Below are positions 11,951 to 25,645 of a stretch of 64,000 bases of DNA, piece after piece. The stretch lies in assembly GCF_023055435.1 (NCBI RefSeq), contig NW_025964112.1, positions 63,798,001 through 63,862,000 of the forward strand, given 5' to 3'. The notes under the pieces were generated by a model. The model worked only from the letters and a program-made list of their open reading frames with translations, ran no database searches and was not told the DNA's origin. Position 1 is the stretch's first letter. Each line of letters begins with the position of its first letter. The stretch is from Haliotis rufescens. Its lineage: Eukaryota. The position numbers were made by a program, and so were the translations under genes.

Positions 11951-13000
11951 TTCCACCCTAGTCACTACGCCCTTACACCCGCGATCCCACCCTCATCACT
12001 ACGCCCTTACACCCGCGATTCCACCCTCATCACTACGCCCTTACACCCGCGATCCCACCCTCATCACTACGCCCTTACACTCGTGATTCCACCCTTGTCA
12101 CTACGCCCTTACACCCGCGATTCCACCCTTGTCACTACGCCCTTACACCCGCGATCCCACCCTCATCACTACGCCCTTACACCCGCGATTCCACCCTTGT
12201 CACTACGCCCTTTCACTCGCGATCCCACCCTCATCAATACGCCCTTACACTCGTGATTCCACCCTTGTCTCTACGCCCTTACACCCGCGATTCCACCCTT
12301 GTCACTACGCCCTTACACCCGCGATCCCACCCTCATCACTACGCCCTTACACTCGCAATTCCACCCTTGTCACTACGCCCTTTCACTCGCGATCCCACCC
12401 TCATCACTACGCCCTTACACTCGTGATTCAACCCTTGTTACTACGCCCTTACACCCGCGATTCCACCCTTGTCACTACGCCCTTACACCCGCGATCCCAC
12501 CCTCATCACTACGCCCTTACACTCGTGATTCCACCCTTGTCACTACGCCCTTACACCCGCGATTCCACCCTTGTCACTACGCCCTTACACCCGCGATTCC
12601 ACCCTTGTCACTACGCCCTTACACCCGCGATTCCACCCTTGTCACTACGCCCTTACACCCGCGATCCCACCCTCATCACTACGCCCTTACACTCGTGATT
12701 CCACCCTTGTCACTACGCCCTTACACCCGCGATTCCACCCTTGTCACTACGCCCTTACACCCGCGATCCCACCCTCATCACTACGCCCTTACACTCGCGA
12801 TTCCACCCTTGTCACTACGCCCTTACACCCGCGATTCCACCCTTGTCACTACGCCCTTTCACTCGCGATCCCACCCTCATCAATACGCCCTTACACTCGT
12901 GATTCCACCCTCATCACTACGCCTTACACTCGCGATTCCACCCTTGTCACTACGCCCTTACACCCGCGATCCAACCATCGTCACTACGCCCTTACACTCG
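11951..13000. repeat. 34-bp CpG-rich minisatellite, about 30 copies
   Basis: Unit CACTACGCCCTTACACCCGCGATTCCACCCTTGT alternating with a ..GATCCCACCCTCAT variant. Confidence 0.97.
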
Positions 13001-13939
13001 CCGCTAAACCCTCAAACCCCAGGTACAACCTTGTCGCTGCACCAAAGTTTCACCTTCGCCAGCACGACCCCCAAACCCAAGTTTCCACCCTTACACACGG
13101 ATTTCTACTCTCGTCACGCGCACCTGGGTTTCCTCACTGATTCTCACACCTTTTCACGTACAGCACCTTCGTTTCTTCTAGTTAACCATGCCTTCCATGC
13201 ACTTGATATACGATTTTCTTCTTCAAAAATGACTTACATTTGAAAAATTAACACCGCCAGTGTCATTTATTTTTACGCATGTTTAGGCGGTGTATCAGTT
13301 ACATTTCGACGTGTCCGTTTAACGTGGAGTAAAGGCCCGTGATGTTTTATCAGTTGTTGGCCATTTGAATAAGAGAGAAATTATGAAAAATGTCCTATAA
13401 GTACAGTGGCACCGTGACCTGGAGAACAGGTCTAGGTAATGCATTCCGTGTGGATGTATATGATGCTTTACAGGACATTTACTTCATGTTTTCATATATA
13501 TATATAAATTTTTCATTTTAATATGAAAACGCAACAGTTTAATGCATCTGGGTTCGACATAACCAACATAAATGTGGACTGAGGGTAAAAATGTCCTTGT
13601 TAGATAGCCATTGATAGTTTATTCATATATTTGTTTATAAAACATGACGTCATGAACGACCCCCCTGTCGGTGGTGTTTCAGTTCTTGGTCATCTGAAGA
13701 TGGTTGTTCTTCTGTTCAGCCCATAATGAAGGTATTCCCCCTTGAAGCGTTGTGGCTGGCTCCTGCATGGGTGCAATGTTTCACTTTCATACAGTCATGT
13801 CAGGCTTACCAACGAAAACCAACAGAGAGCAACCCCACTATGAACACACTGTTTCTATTTAAGGTGTGCACCGTAATGATTAAAACCCTGCCTCAAACCA
13901 AAGACAACAAATCACAGAGACCGCTACAAACCGAGTGCT

Positions 13940-14130
13940 TTTGTTTGTTTGTTTGTTGTTTTAACACCGCACTCAGCAATATGACGGCGGTCTGTAAATA
14001 ATCGAATCTGGACAAGACAATCCAGTGATTGACATCATGAGCATCAATCCACGCAATTGGGATACGATGAAATGCATCAACTAAGTCAGCGAGCCATTAG
14101 TTGCCTCTTACGACAAGCATGGGTTGCTGA
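13940..14130 (-). mobile_element. SINE-like family B, internally deleted copy (further fragments at about 755-880, 46705-46850, 50115-50335)
   Basis: GACGGCGGTCTGTAAATAATCGA.TCTGGAC.AGACAATCCAGTGATTG. Confidence 0.85.
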
Positions 14131-17100
14131 GGAAGAAACCGAGTGCGTACGCATTCGTTTTTTACGGGTCTCCATTGAAAATGTCTTGGGTCATTACGAT
14201 GCACATTTTGTGAGGATTGTGTTTTGTTTGGAAATTGTGTGGCTGTTTCTATTTAAAGTGTGTAAATATTTCTTTGTTTGATTGCTCTTGGTTTTCAATG
14301 GTAGTAAAGTTTAAACGACTCAAATTTCGAATGTCAGATTTCTTGCCCCGTTTGTTTCGAACACGACTCATATTTCCATGGTGTATTAATGTTCACTGAC
14401 CATTCTGTGAGTAAGTGACCTGATGTTCTCAATTTGGATTATCAATCTTTATTATTTTTTGGTACTTTGTGTAGTTAAAATGTTACGTCTCTTGTTGTCT
14501 TACCATACTACAAGTTACAACGATCACAAAATATTTTCCTTAAGCATCTTTTTTTCCCATCTTCAGTGGATAATAAACATGACCTAACCATGTTTAACTT
14601 TTTATTTCAGCAATAGTTTATTACTTTTCTCCCTCAAAATGTCCTTTACCAATGTGAAAAATTCCTCAAATAACTTCTTCATGATACTACCAAGTTGTAA
14701 TTCAACTGTTTCTCCTAGTCGTCTTTCTGTCTTGCCAATCATCGGGAGTCTTATCAGGTTTGCTTGTAGACTGTTACTAAAATCTTTTTATGAAAAAAAC
14801 ATCTTCGTGTTGAACCTTTATCTAGCAGATATTCCGATCTAAATGTCAACAGTTACTCTTAGAATGCAGTATAACATGTACATAGAGGATGCACATCACT
14901 GCATTGCTATAATTTTAATTATCAATGGATTTGTCCTAACAGTTCCCATTTGTGGCCAAACTGATTCCGTTACAACTCATAAATTATATTTTTTTAATTT
15001 ACCAAAATACAAATAATCTCGCATGAAATCCACAAAGAAACTTATCCAAATATGTTGCAAAAATAAAACTTATTCTAAAATGGCCTTTCAAATAAAGTTT
15101 GTTTTTTTATTGAACATTTGGTCAGTAGGTACAGTCTGTAGGTTGAAGTAATATATTTTGCTTCTTAAGCAGGTTAAGTCTGTGTTTTCTATAAGTTAAT
15201 ATACTTAAATGTAAGAATGTTATCTTTCATGAAAAATTTCTATTCTGGTCCATGATCAATTATTTCTACACTGGGTTATCATGGTAAAGACATTTCTTTG
15301 TCAAAAATTTGACTAAAAAACCCTCATTATGTTTAGGTTTTCTATACAATAACATTTAAGAGATTCAAGCAGTTTGTTTTGCAGATCGAAAATAAGAATT
15401 CTGAAAATGACCCAAATACAAGGATAATTTCTGAAACCTCAGACAAACTAGTTTTCTATTACCACACTGCAATGTGACATTGAGTGTTTTTAATGGTTTT
15501 CAATTGACCAGAATTTGAAAAGTGAGTGCTAATTGTGTGTACAGTTTACACCAGGTCAGGGTATCACCTAGACCAGTGACAGCAGCTCCTAGCACCCTGT
15601 CCACTGGCTTGGTGACTGAAGATACATTATTGTGTCCTGATGGTGTGCGAGCTTCCTCATAATTATCAATCACAGCTTTGTCTGACTCATTACAGGTTGT
15701 GGAATTGCTGGAATATTGCAGACAACAGAATTAACAAGTTCATACTTCCTGTCTCAGTGACAGAATGTTGGTTAACCCTGCAGACAGCAACATTCCAGCC
15801 ATATGATGGACCAGACACAAACTGGTGATTGAAAACATGAGCAACAATCACTGTCATCGACATGTCGGAGGTATCACATGCATCAGACAGTGTTCACATG
15901 GTGAGTTCGTTTGGTGTCTGGCCTCACAATCCTCTACATTATTCAGTTCTTCAGACAAGCATGGGACAGTGGGGTTCAATTCTACCTTTGTAGCCCCTAA
16001 AACAATTCAGTCAAATTGGCTGCAGTTCAAGCCTTGGACTGTCCATGTCACAGACTAGCATTGGTGTGAAGGACTGGATGTGCGAGCAAGTAAATATATC
16101 CGCTATGTCACATGAGCTGGAATGAGGCCAGGCACAGAAGTGAGGGGTAGCACTAGCAATGTGGTCAAGATAAGACATCTGCCTTCTTTCTAGCTTGTTT
16201 GATACTGCACTCAGCAATATTCCAGTCTGGACTAGGGGTGAACGATACATAGGTGCAACAGTGCATAGTATGTTTTCATGCAGCAATATGATACACTTGC
16301 TAAAATGTATTACTACTTGTTTAATGACACCCCCATCCCCTCCCCAGTATTTTGTCTGTTAAATATGGCAAAATGTGACCTTATTAGTGTTCCAAGTTCA
16401 CTACTAAAAATAGCAATGATCATGTCTTCAGCTATCTTTTCATCCAGAACACTTCAAAATATAATAGTCAAGAAGTTCCCAAGCAATTTGAATTGTATCG
16501 TTAACCATGTATTGAGATAACGTACGGTATTGTGACCTTGCTGTATTGTTTCACCCCTAGTCTGGACCAGGCAATCCAGTGATTGATATTGTGAGGATCG
16601 ATCGACATTGTCGGGTAACGACCAGCATAGGTTGCTGGGACCAATGCTGACAATCGCAGGTGCAGGTGGTAACTGCATCTTAGCATGTTCCGATATCTCT
16701 CCGGTGGGTGGACTTCAGAGTGGGTCACTAAACACGGAATCAGACAGCATGTTATCTGTAGCTCACCTACTTTACCATAAATGGCCAAACTAAAACACTT
16801 TACTGAATCAACTCTGAACTAGTAAATAGCTAATTGAAATGCTTATGTTCCTTCAACACACATTGAAGAAAAGGCAGAATTTCTTCATTCCAATTCAATA
16901 AAATGATTTGTAAATGATTTGTAAATCATTAATGTTTTGCATTTTCAGGTAGCTAATCACTGATTGCATACCTCTTCAACCTCGCTTGTTTCAAATTCAC
17001 AGGTGTCATTAATATTCTGAGTGTCCTCTTTCCTCAAAGTCAACCCTTGAACTTACACCTATCTTGCTTGTGATGTTGCAATTGGAACAGACAGTTGATA

Positions 17101-18158
17101 GGCAAAGCATCCATTATTGTTTGTTGCAATACTTAATCCTTCAAATATAATTAAAATACTCGTTCATTAATTTTGAAAAAATATGTCCAAACTTTGGAAT
17201 ACTAAATAACATTAACAAAGTAAAGCTGCTTTTCTTATTGTTCCTGTTACCAGTGGAAGACAAATCACCATCACAATTTAGACTTTAACACACAAAAACA
17301 TGCAGAAATAAAATATTCCTTCAACGAAACTCCCCTTGGCTAATGCCATGGTGCTAAGTGATCTAAGCACTAAGGTGAACGTCACTCCAATACCTTAACA
17401 CAGACTTACGACAATTGTAGCAAATATTCTCAGGGCATTTTGAATAAGTCCCTCAGTCAAATGTTGAATATGAACCAATTGTGAACCATACAAAAATTTC
17501 CTAAACCATCAAATGAACCTCATGCATAACCTCAAAAGACCAGTCAACCCTGAACATGTCCAGGATACATAAAAAAAGACACACCTAGACACCCAAGTAA
17601 ACCCACAAGACAGGTTGCTTACATGTCTCCACAACATTGTGGGACAAACCAAGATAACTGAGATAAACCCTACAATAAACACGAAACATCAAGTCTTTCA
17701 ACACAACTCTTTGACGCCATGAAGAATACGGGTTAATCCTCCTAGCAAAGCCTCACCCCTCACAGACAGTATATATACATACAACAAAAACTTAACATGC
17801 AACCAGAAATTAGAAACAAGTGTATTAATACTTGGCTCGACTAGGCTAGAGACTTGTTTTTTACTGCTAACAACCACACACACACCAATCACATGAGTCA
17901 CAAGGCACATAATTGTACCAACTCTGCACTACCTACTCACTCATTCTACAAGAAGTTCAAGGTTAACTGGTACTAACAGCGGTAGAACCTAACAGTTTTA
18001 GTCCACTAGATAACATAAAGCAAAACCATTAAAAAGGGTAAATTTCTACTAGTCCTTAGTATTCCTTAACTATTGGGCAGTTTGGCAAGGACTTTAGGAC
18101 TAGTGCCAAATTCTAACACTGTTCTAATTATGTGAAAGGTTGTATGTAGCCTATTTAA

Positions 18159-21100
18159 GACCTACTGTAACCAAGTATCCCACAGGGCCAACTTACTACT
18201 GTTACCTGGGACCTGCTGTAACCAAGGATCCCACAGAACCGTCTTACTACAGTTACCTGTTTACTACTGTAACCAAGGATGCAACAGAACCATCTTACTA
18301 CAGTTACCTGTTTACTACTGTAACCAAGGACCCGACAGACCCGTCTTACAACAGTTACCTGGGACCTACTGAAACAAAGGACCTGACAGACCCGTCTCAC
18401 TACAGTTACCTGTTAACTACTGTAACCAAATATCCCACAGAACCGTCTTACTACGGTTACCTTGGACCTAATGTAACCAAGGACGCCACAGAACCGTCTC
18501 ACTACAATTACCTGGGACCTACTGTAACCAAGGACCCGACAGACCCGTCTTACTACGGTTACCTTGGACCTAATGTAACCAAGGACGCCACAGAACCGTC
18601 TCACTACAATTACCTGGGACCTAATGTAACCAAGGACGCCACAGAACCGTCTCACTACAGTTACCTGGGACCTAATGTAACCCAGGACGCCACAGAACCA
18701 TCTCACTACAGTTACCTGGGACCTACTGTAACCAAGGATCCCACAGAACCATCTTACTACAGTTACCTGGGACCTACTGTAACCAAGGACCCGACAGACC
18801 CGTCTCACTACAGTTACCTGGGACCTACTGTAACCCAGGATCCCACAGAACCGTCTCACTACAGTTACCTGGGACCTAATGTAACCAAGGACGCCACAGA
18901 ACCATCTCACTACAGTTACCTGGGACCTACTGTAACCAAGGATCCAACAGAACCATCTTACTACAGTTACCTGGGACCTACTGTAACCCAGGATCCCACC
19001 TTACTACAGTTACTTGGGACCTACAGTAACCAACAGAACCATCTTACTACAGTTACCTGGGACCTACTGTAACCCAGGATCCCACAGAACCGTCTCACTA
19101 CTGTTACCTGGGACCTAATGTAACCAAGGACGCCACGGAACCATCTCACTACAGTTACCTGGGACCTCCTGTAACCAAGGATCCAACAGAACCGTCTCAC
19201 TACAGTTACCTGGGACCTAATGTAACCAAGGACGCCACAGAACCATCTCACTACAGTTACCTGGGACCTACTGTAACCAAGGATACCACAGGACCATCTT
19301 ACTACAGTTACCTGGGACCTATTGTTACCTAGGATCCCACAGGACTGTCTCACTACAGTTACCTGGGACCTATTGTAACCTAGGATCCCACATGACTGTC
19401 TCACTACAGTTACCTGGGACCTACTGTAACCAAGGACCCGACAGACCCATCTTGCTACAGTTACCTGGGACCTAATGTAACCCAGGATCCCCCAGAACCA
19501 TCTTACTACAGTTACTTGGGACCTACTGTAACCAAGGATCCAACAGAACCATCTTGCTACAGTTACCTGGGACCTACTGTAACCAAGGATCCAACAGAAC
19601 CATCTTGCTACAGTTACCTGGGACCTACTGTAACCCAGGATCCCACAGAGCCGTCTCACTACAGTTACCTGCTTACTACTGTAACCAAATATGCCACAGA
19701 ACCGTCTTACTACAGTTACCTGGGACCTAATGTAACCCAGGATTCCACAGAACCGTCTCACTACAGTTACCTGGGACCTACTGTAACCAAGGATCCCACA
19801 GAACCATCTCACTACAGTTACCTGGGACCGACTGTAACCAAGGATCCAACAGAACCATCTTACTACAGTTACCTGGGACCTACTGTAACCAAGGACCTGA
19901 CAGACCCGTCTCACTATAGCTAACTGGGACCTACTGTAACCAAGGACCCGACAGACCCGTCTTGCTACCGTTACCTGGGACCTACTGTAACCAAGGATCC
20001 CACAGAACCATCTTACTACAGATACCTGTGACCTACTGTAACCCAGGATCCCACAGAATCGCCTTACTACAGTGACCTGTGACCTACTGTAACCAAGGAT
20101 CCCACAGGACCATCTTACTACAGTTACCTGGGACCTATTGTAACCTAGGATCCCACAGGACAGTCTCACTACAGTTACCTGGGACCTATTGTAACCTAGG
20201 ATCCCACAGGACTGTCTCACTACAGTTACCTGGGACCTAATGTAACCAAGGCCTTGACAGACCCATCTTGCTACAGTTACCTGGGACCTAATGTAACCCA
20301 GGATCCCCCAGAACCATCTTACTACAGTTACTTGGGACCTACTGTAACCAAGGATCCAACAGAACCATCTTGCTACAGTTACCTGGGACCTACTGTAACC
20401 CAGGATCCCACAGAACCGTCTCACTACAGTTACCTGCTTACTACTGTAACCAAATATGCCACAGAACCGTCTTACTACAGTTACCTGGGACCTACTGTAA
20501 CCCAGGATCCCACAGACCCGTCTTACTACTGTTGCCTTGGACCTACTGTAACCAAGGACCTGACAGACCCGTCTCACTATAGTAAACTGGGACCTACTGT
20601 AACCCAGGATCCCAAAGAAAAGCCTTACAACAGTTACCTGGGACCTACCAACCAAGGATCCCACAGAACTATCTTACTACAGTTACCTGGGACCTACTGT
20701 AACCCAGGATCCCACAGAACCATCTTGCTACAGTTACCTGGGACCTACTGTAACCCAGGATCCCACAGAACCATCTTACTACAGTTACCTGGGACCTACT
20801 GTAACACAGAACACCACAGAACCGTCTTACTACCGTTACCTTGGACCTACTGTAACCAAGGTTCCCACAGGACCATCTTACTAGTTACCTGGTACCTACT
20901 GTAACCAAGAACCCGACAGACCCGTCTCACTATAGTAACCTGGGACCTACTGTAACCAAGGATCCCACAGAACCATCTTACTACAGTTACCTGGGACCTA
21001 CTGTAACCCAGGATCCCACAGAACCGCCTTACTACAGTGACCTGTGACCTACTGTAATCCATGATTCCACATAACTGTCTTACTACAGTTACCTGTGGCC

Positions 21101-21170
21101 TACTGTAACCAAGGACCCGACAGACCCGTCTTACTACATTTACCTGGGACCTACTGTAACCCAGAATCTC
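18159..21170. repeat. 51-bp minisatellite, about 59 copies
   Basis: Unit CCTACTGTAACCAAGGATCCCACAGAACCATCTTACTACAGTTACCTGGGA. Confidence 0.98.
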
Positions 21171-21216
21171 CATGGGGAAAAAAACATTGGCAGAAACACC
21201 TGATTTGTGCTTCAAG

Positions 21217-21378
21217 AGTGAGTATGGTTTTACGCCACTTTTAGCAATATTCAAGCATTACCAAGACCTGGGGGACACCAGAAATGGGCTTCACACATTG
21301 TACCCATGTTGGGAATCGAACCCGGGTCCTGGGCGTGACGAGCGAACGCTTTACCCACTAGGCTACCCGACCGCCCCT
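21217..21378 (-). mobile_element. SINE family A
   Basis: Reverse complement of the 43300 copy. Confidence 0.88.
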
Positions 21379-22146
21379 TGTGCATCAGGAGTTGTGACCC
21401 TGTACCAGTTACTTGATGGGTGAATATAATGAACTTTTCCTCCTGTGCCTACTTCAAAAACTATCCTGTGCTTTGCAGGAACAACCTATTACATAACATT
21501 GATCATAGCACCATCCGAACATGAATGACAATCTTTCCTGGGGTAGACACGGGCGGGAATCAAGAGTAGTGAAGACTGAATGCATTGTTTCTCTGGATTG
21601 CTGGGACACAGGATAGACAGAACCTGTTTGATGTCAGATAATTTTGAGACAACCAAAAGATTTTTTTCATTAGATCACTATCCATCTACAGAAGTTGACT
21701 TCAAATCATCCAAGCTCAAATATCGCCAGAATATCTTTAGAGAGACACCGCAACAACTGAAATAAGAGGATGTTCAAAGATAAAACGATGTCAGTAAAAT
21801 ATCAACAAACTCTTGGAAACATGGCAGCCATGTCATGAATTCAACTGACCAAACGGCAGATCTATCTTCCACACACATTATTAACTAGTATGCCAAAAGG
21901 CAACATCACAATTTAATATAATGGCAAACTGCTACACAACTGCCATACTAAACTATTGTCAAAGTTTGGCCAATAAATGATAAAGTTTTCTCACCATCAA
22001 CACTCTAATTGTCTCCAACTCTCTGCACTCTACATGCTCTATAGCCACTTCTCTCCATCTGCAACACTGGTTAGTTCAAGGCATACAACCTCCAACATAC
22101 ATCGCAAATAAGGAGGAAACATGTTTTAAATGTTCATAATTACAGT

Positions 22147-22152
22147 TTTATT
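22147..22152 (-). terminator. Candidate CREBZF polyadenylation signal AATAAA
   Basis: AATAAA on the minus strand about 1.5 kb after the stop, at the end of an AU-rich UTR-like tract; other candidates exist. Confidence 0.35.
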
Positions 22153-23618
22153 CATACACAGAAAGTGTTTCATATGCAAAATGAAAGCAATTGCCCAACA
22201 TGATCATATATGAATTCAATTCACTAGATTACAGACTATGTCAAGATCTGATTGATGTTACCATATCCAACAAAATCATTTGAACAACCAGACTCGTCTG
22301 CTCAAATAAGCACATGGACGGACTTGAAAAGATAAAAAAAATTTCAATGAGCAATAATGTACATGCTCAATTAATTCCTATGATGTCAAAGGTTAGATGA
22401 TTACCACATGGCCACAAGTAAAATGTTACTTCCAGATTTTCCAGAAAAGTTCTTAAATGGGCATACCAACCGTTGAAATACAAATGGTCATCATAATGCT
22501 TTATTTGAACAGAGTGAAGAAAAATGTAAAATTAAACCAAAAAGAATTAAATAAGACAAAAAAATATACAAATTTCATGAATTTAAAAAAATTCTATTTA
22601 ACTTTACATTTTTCTTCACGAGCCTTACCAAACCCATGTTACCTGTTGGCAAGTATCTTACCAATGTAACATTACCCATGCCCTCGGCATACTCTTGGTT
22701 TCTCAATGATTCTCTACTACAGTTCTTGGCTCTTCACGCACACAGGAAGCTGCATAACAAAGGTAAGGTGTAAGTTCTCTGCGGAACTTCAACATACACA
22801 TATGTACAAGAGGGGTTTCCACCCTCAAATCTTGTAAATTGCATCTCACATTATCTTTGGACATTAGTGAAAAAATGTCTTAAATTTAAATAGTCTTACT
22901 TAATTTAACATGAAAGGCATGCAAAATTATGGTCTTTTTTCTCTTTTCTTAACCCTAACTTAGACTGGCAACTATTCTTCCACAATTTTGAAAGCATGAG
23001 CCAAACAGTAACTTTTAAAAAGAAATCTTTATGAAAGTTGCCAATCTAAGAACATACTAAAACTGTGGCGGGACCTTACCGAATAAACAAACATTCTGCC
23101 AAGCATTCATCTCGGCGAGATTAGATCTCCCCCATTGGCTTGCTCCCCTAAAATGGAAAGTCACAATTGAATAACATATCAATCCTGTCGCTGAAATGGC
23201 AATCTCTCGCAATATGTACACTCAGCCAAAACTGCTTCATTGCTGCTTCTGAAAGAAATGTTGCAAGATTGCCAGATCAGACCAAATGTGTCAAACATCA
23301 ACAATTCACCATGACTGCTAACAATTGGAAACTTGCAACAAAACATTTTCACATCAACATCTGCAAATTCTCATATATGATACAACAATTTACATTACTG
23401 TCGTGACATTTTTACCACTTTCAGATGTCCCATGGCAGGAAGTCACTGGACATTATCATACAACAATGTACAAAACTGCAGTGACATTTCGTCACTGAGG
23501 TCCTGTGCCTGGAAGTCACTTGTGTACATGGCCAGCACAATCGGCTTGGTTTCTGCTTGGTTGGTTCAAGCAGACTAGCACTTTGCAATGGAGACTATCT
23601 CCTGGCTTAGCTTTAATG

Positions 23619-24701
23619 TCAATCTTCGTCACTTGATTTTGCCATCTTAGAACACTTTGAACAGAATTCCAAAGATACTGTGTCATTGTCCACATGCAGA
23701 CACACACCAGCAGTAGAGTGAGATTGCTTGCTCTTCTTGTTGGGGGTGTAGTCATGGTCCATAGCAGCACTGCGTTTGCGGGAGGCAAATGAAGACTTCA
23801 GTTTAACATTTTGAACATTTTCAATGTTACCTAGCAACCTCGATAAGCTGCTTTCATTTGCCAACACTGCTCGCAGGTACTGGACCTCCTCCTCCAAGGA
23901 AGTGTTTCTGTTCTTCATAGAGTCATTCTCCACTTTCAACTGACCATTCTCATCGGTAAGTTCAGAGACTTGGTCCTCAAGACTTTTGATATAATGCTTC
24001 TTCTTCTCCCTGTTGATTTTAGCCTGAACCGCATTCTTCTTGTTTCGGTCATCCAGGGCCCTCAACACCTCTGTGGCTGTATTTGCCGTACCAGAGGTCT
24101 TAATAACTTTCAAAACCTTCACAGACTGAATACCTGTTGGTTGGGAGGACGTCACATAGTCATGTGGAGAGGACTTACGAACAGTTTTTGAGGAAACAGG
24201 AGCAGTTTTGCCACTTTTCTGAACTACCCTACCACGTAGTGTCTTCTGTGGAATTTCAGGTGAACTTGACCTAGAACTACTGACAGATGTTTGTGTTCTG
24301 AGAGTCCTTTCTGGGTGGTTGTTGCTGATATCAGTGTATTCCTCCTCAGATTCTGGTGACTGGGCAGTACAAAAATAGTTTGCAAGGTCCTTATCAGCAC
24401 CATGACAGAAGGGCTCAAAATCTAAAGCGTCCACAAATTCATCCAGCATTTTTCCTGATGTATCAGTAACGCTCTGAGGGCTGTTAAGATCTACACTATT
24501 CAAGTCTTCCGACATGCCACTGTCCGATTCGTGAAATGGCGACTTCTTCTGCCACTTGTCACCGGTCGTGCCTGCCTGAATAATTTCACTTGAGGAATTA
24601 TCTAAATCAAACAAGTTATCTGGGATGTCCATATCTAGAGGTACATCCATACCACACTCGACTTTCAGTAAATCATCAAACGATAACGCCATTTCGCCCA
24701 T
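23619..24701 (-). CDS. CREBZF: CREB/ATF bZIP transcription factor, CREBZF/Zhangfei-like; single-exon CDS, 360 aa
   Basis: Non-repetitive 360-aa ORF with acidic N-terminus, bZIP (NKKNAVQAKINREKKKHYIKSLEDQVSELTDENGQLKVEN..LEEEVQYLRAVLANES), HCF-binding motif DHDY and the CREBZF-type C-terminus GVCLHVDNDTVSLEFCSKC. Confidence 0.9.
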   Translation of the reverse strand: MGEMALSFDDLLKVECGMDVPLDMDIPDNLFDLDNSSSEIIQAGTTGDKWQKKSPFHESDSGMSEDLNSVDLNSPQSVTDTSGKMLDEFVDALDFEPFCHGADKDLANYFCTAQSPESEEEYTDISNNHPERTLRTQTSVSSSRSSSPEIPQKTLRGRVVQKSGKTAPVSSKTVRKSSPHDYVTSSQPTGIQSVKVLKVIKTSGTANTATEVLRALDDRNKKNAVQAKINREKKKHYIKSLEDQVSELTDENGQLKVENDSMKNRNTSLEEEVQYLRAVLANESSLSRLLGNIENVQNVKLKSSFASRKRSAAMDHDYTPNKKSKQSHSTAGVCLHVDNDTVSLEFCSKCSKMAKSSDED

Positions 24702-24939
24702 TTCAGTACGACTTACTCAAGATTTTGAATTCTGGAAAATTCCTTCTGAAAGTGATCCCAAGTTTGCGAATAACACAACAAAACTGAAATATTCGGCTAA
24801 TATGTCGTCAAATTAATCAACGATACTACCCGGAGTTTGACAGGTACACAAATTACGTGTTACAACAACAAATGCGTTACCAAAATCCTTAACCAGAGCT
24901 GTACACCTTCCTCTACCGCTGCCAGGACTGCAACTGCAC

Positions 24940-25502
24940 GCACATAACCTTCCGCGTTGACTATATACCGAAGAAACGTTTCGCTAACGTCTGCGAACCT
25001 CAGCATAAATTCGGACAAATTGATTGGTCAACTGCTATCACGTGACAAATGAAGTCTAAATTTAGAAATGACGCTTGTCAGGTGCGCGAAACGTCCCACG
25101 AACGTTTACGACCTTATCACTCAAGAAAATGTCCGCTACAAAATAAAGTTTGGCTCTATGTTTTCGATAAAAAATAATCTGATATGTAATTGACAATTAC
25201 AATTAGTTACTATCACGCCATGAATTCTTAACTTTGTCGTCATCTTTGAAAAAGGACTTCCCTGCCAGTAATGAGAAGTTTGTTTCCTTGTGTTTATTTT
25301 GATGTTTGGGAATACGGAGTTACGATCCGAAGTTATAGCGATTGGTTTTTATTCGTCAAGGTGATAAATTTTATCGTTTGCATTAACCTAGATGTTTTTT
25401 TGGAATTTGAATTCCCTATTTATATCAAATTATATTCTGTATCATTTATTCACAAGACATTTGAGGTCAGTGCGGCAAAGAGGAAGTCGGAATAAGAGCA
25501 AC
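24940..25502. promoter_or_regulatory. Putative bidirectional promoter shared by CREBZF and UBE2Z
   Basis: Divergent ATGs about 800 bp apart; minus-strand TATATAG at 24961-24967, CCAAT at about 25023-25027, TCACGTGA E-box at about 25038-25045, ETS-like GGAAGT just upstream of the UBE2Z ATG; CpG retained. Confidence 0.65.
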
Positions 25503-25645
25503 ATGGCGACTGCTTTGGAAGATACGCTGGACCTGGTAGCAACAGATGAAGGCCCTTCTCTGAAGTGGCCTCACTGGGACCCATGTCACTGTAAAGATTG
25601 GGACAAAGAAAAACCTACGCAGCAATGTATTCTCAGAATTAAGCG
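25503..25645 (+). CDS. UBE2Z: UBE2Z coding exon 1
   Basis: AACATGGCG start; ends AAGCG|GTACGC (phase 2). Confidence 0.9.

Noticed and set aside
11828-13243. His/Pro/Thr-rich ORFs
   Set aside because: 34-bp minisatellite read through rotating frames.
14400-15520. Possible decayed transposase or LINE ORF
   Set aside because: Partial hand translation of the minus strand gave no recognisable motif; needs tBLASTx.
18140-21254. Mucin- or adhesive-like PTVTKDPTEPSYYSYLG repeat ORFs
   Set aside because: 51-bp array with frameshifts and stops, no signal peptide or unique domain, open on both strands. Cannot be fully excluded without RNA data.
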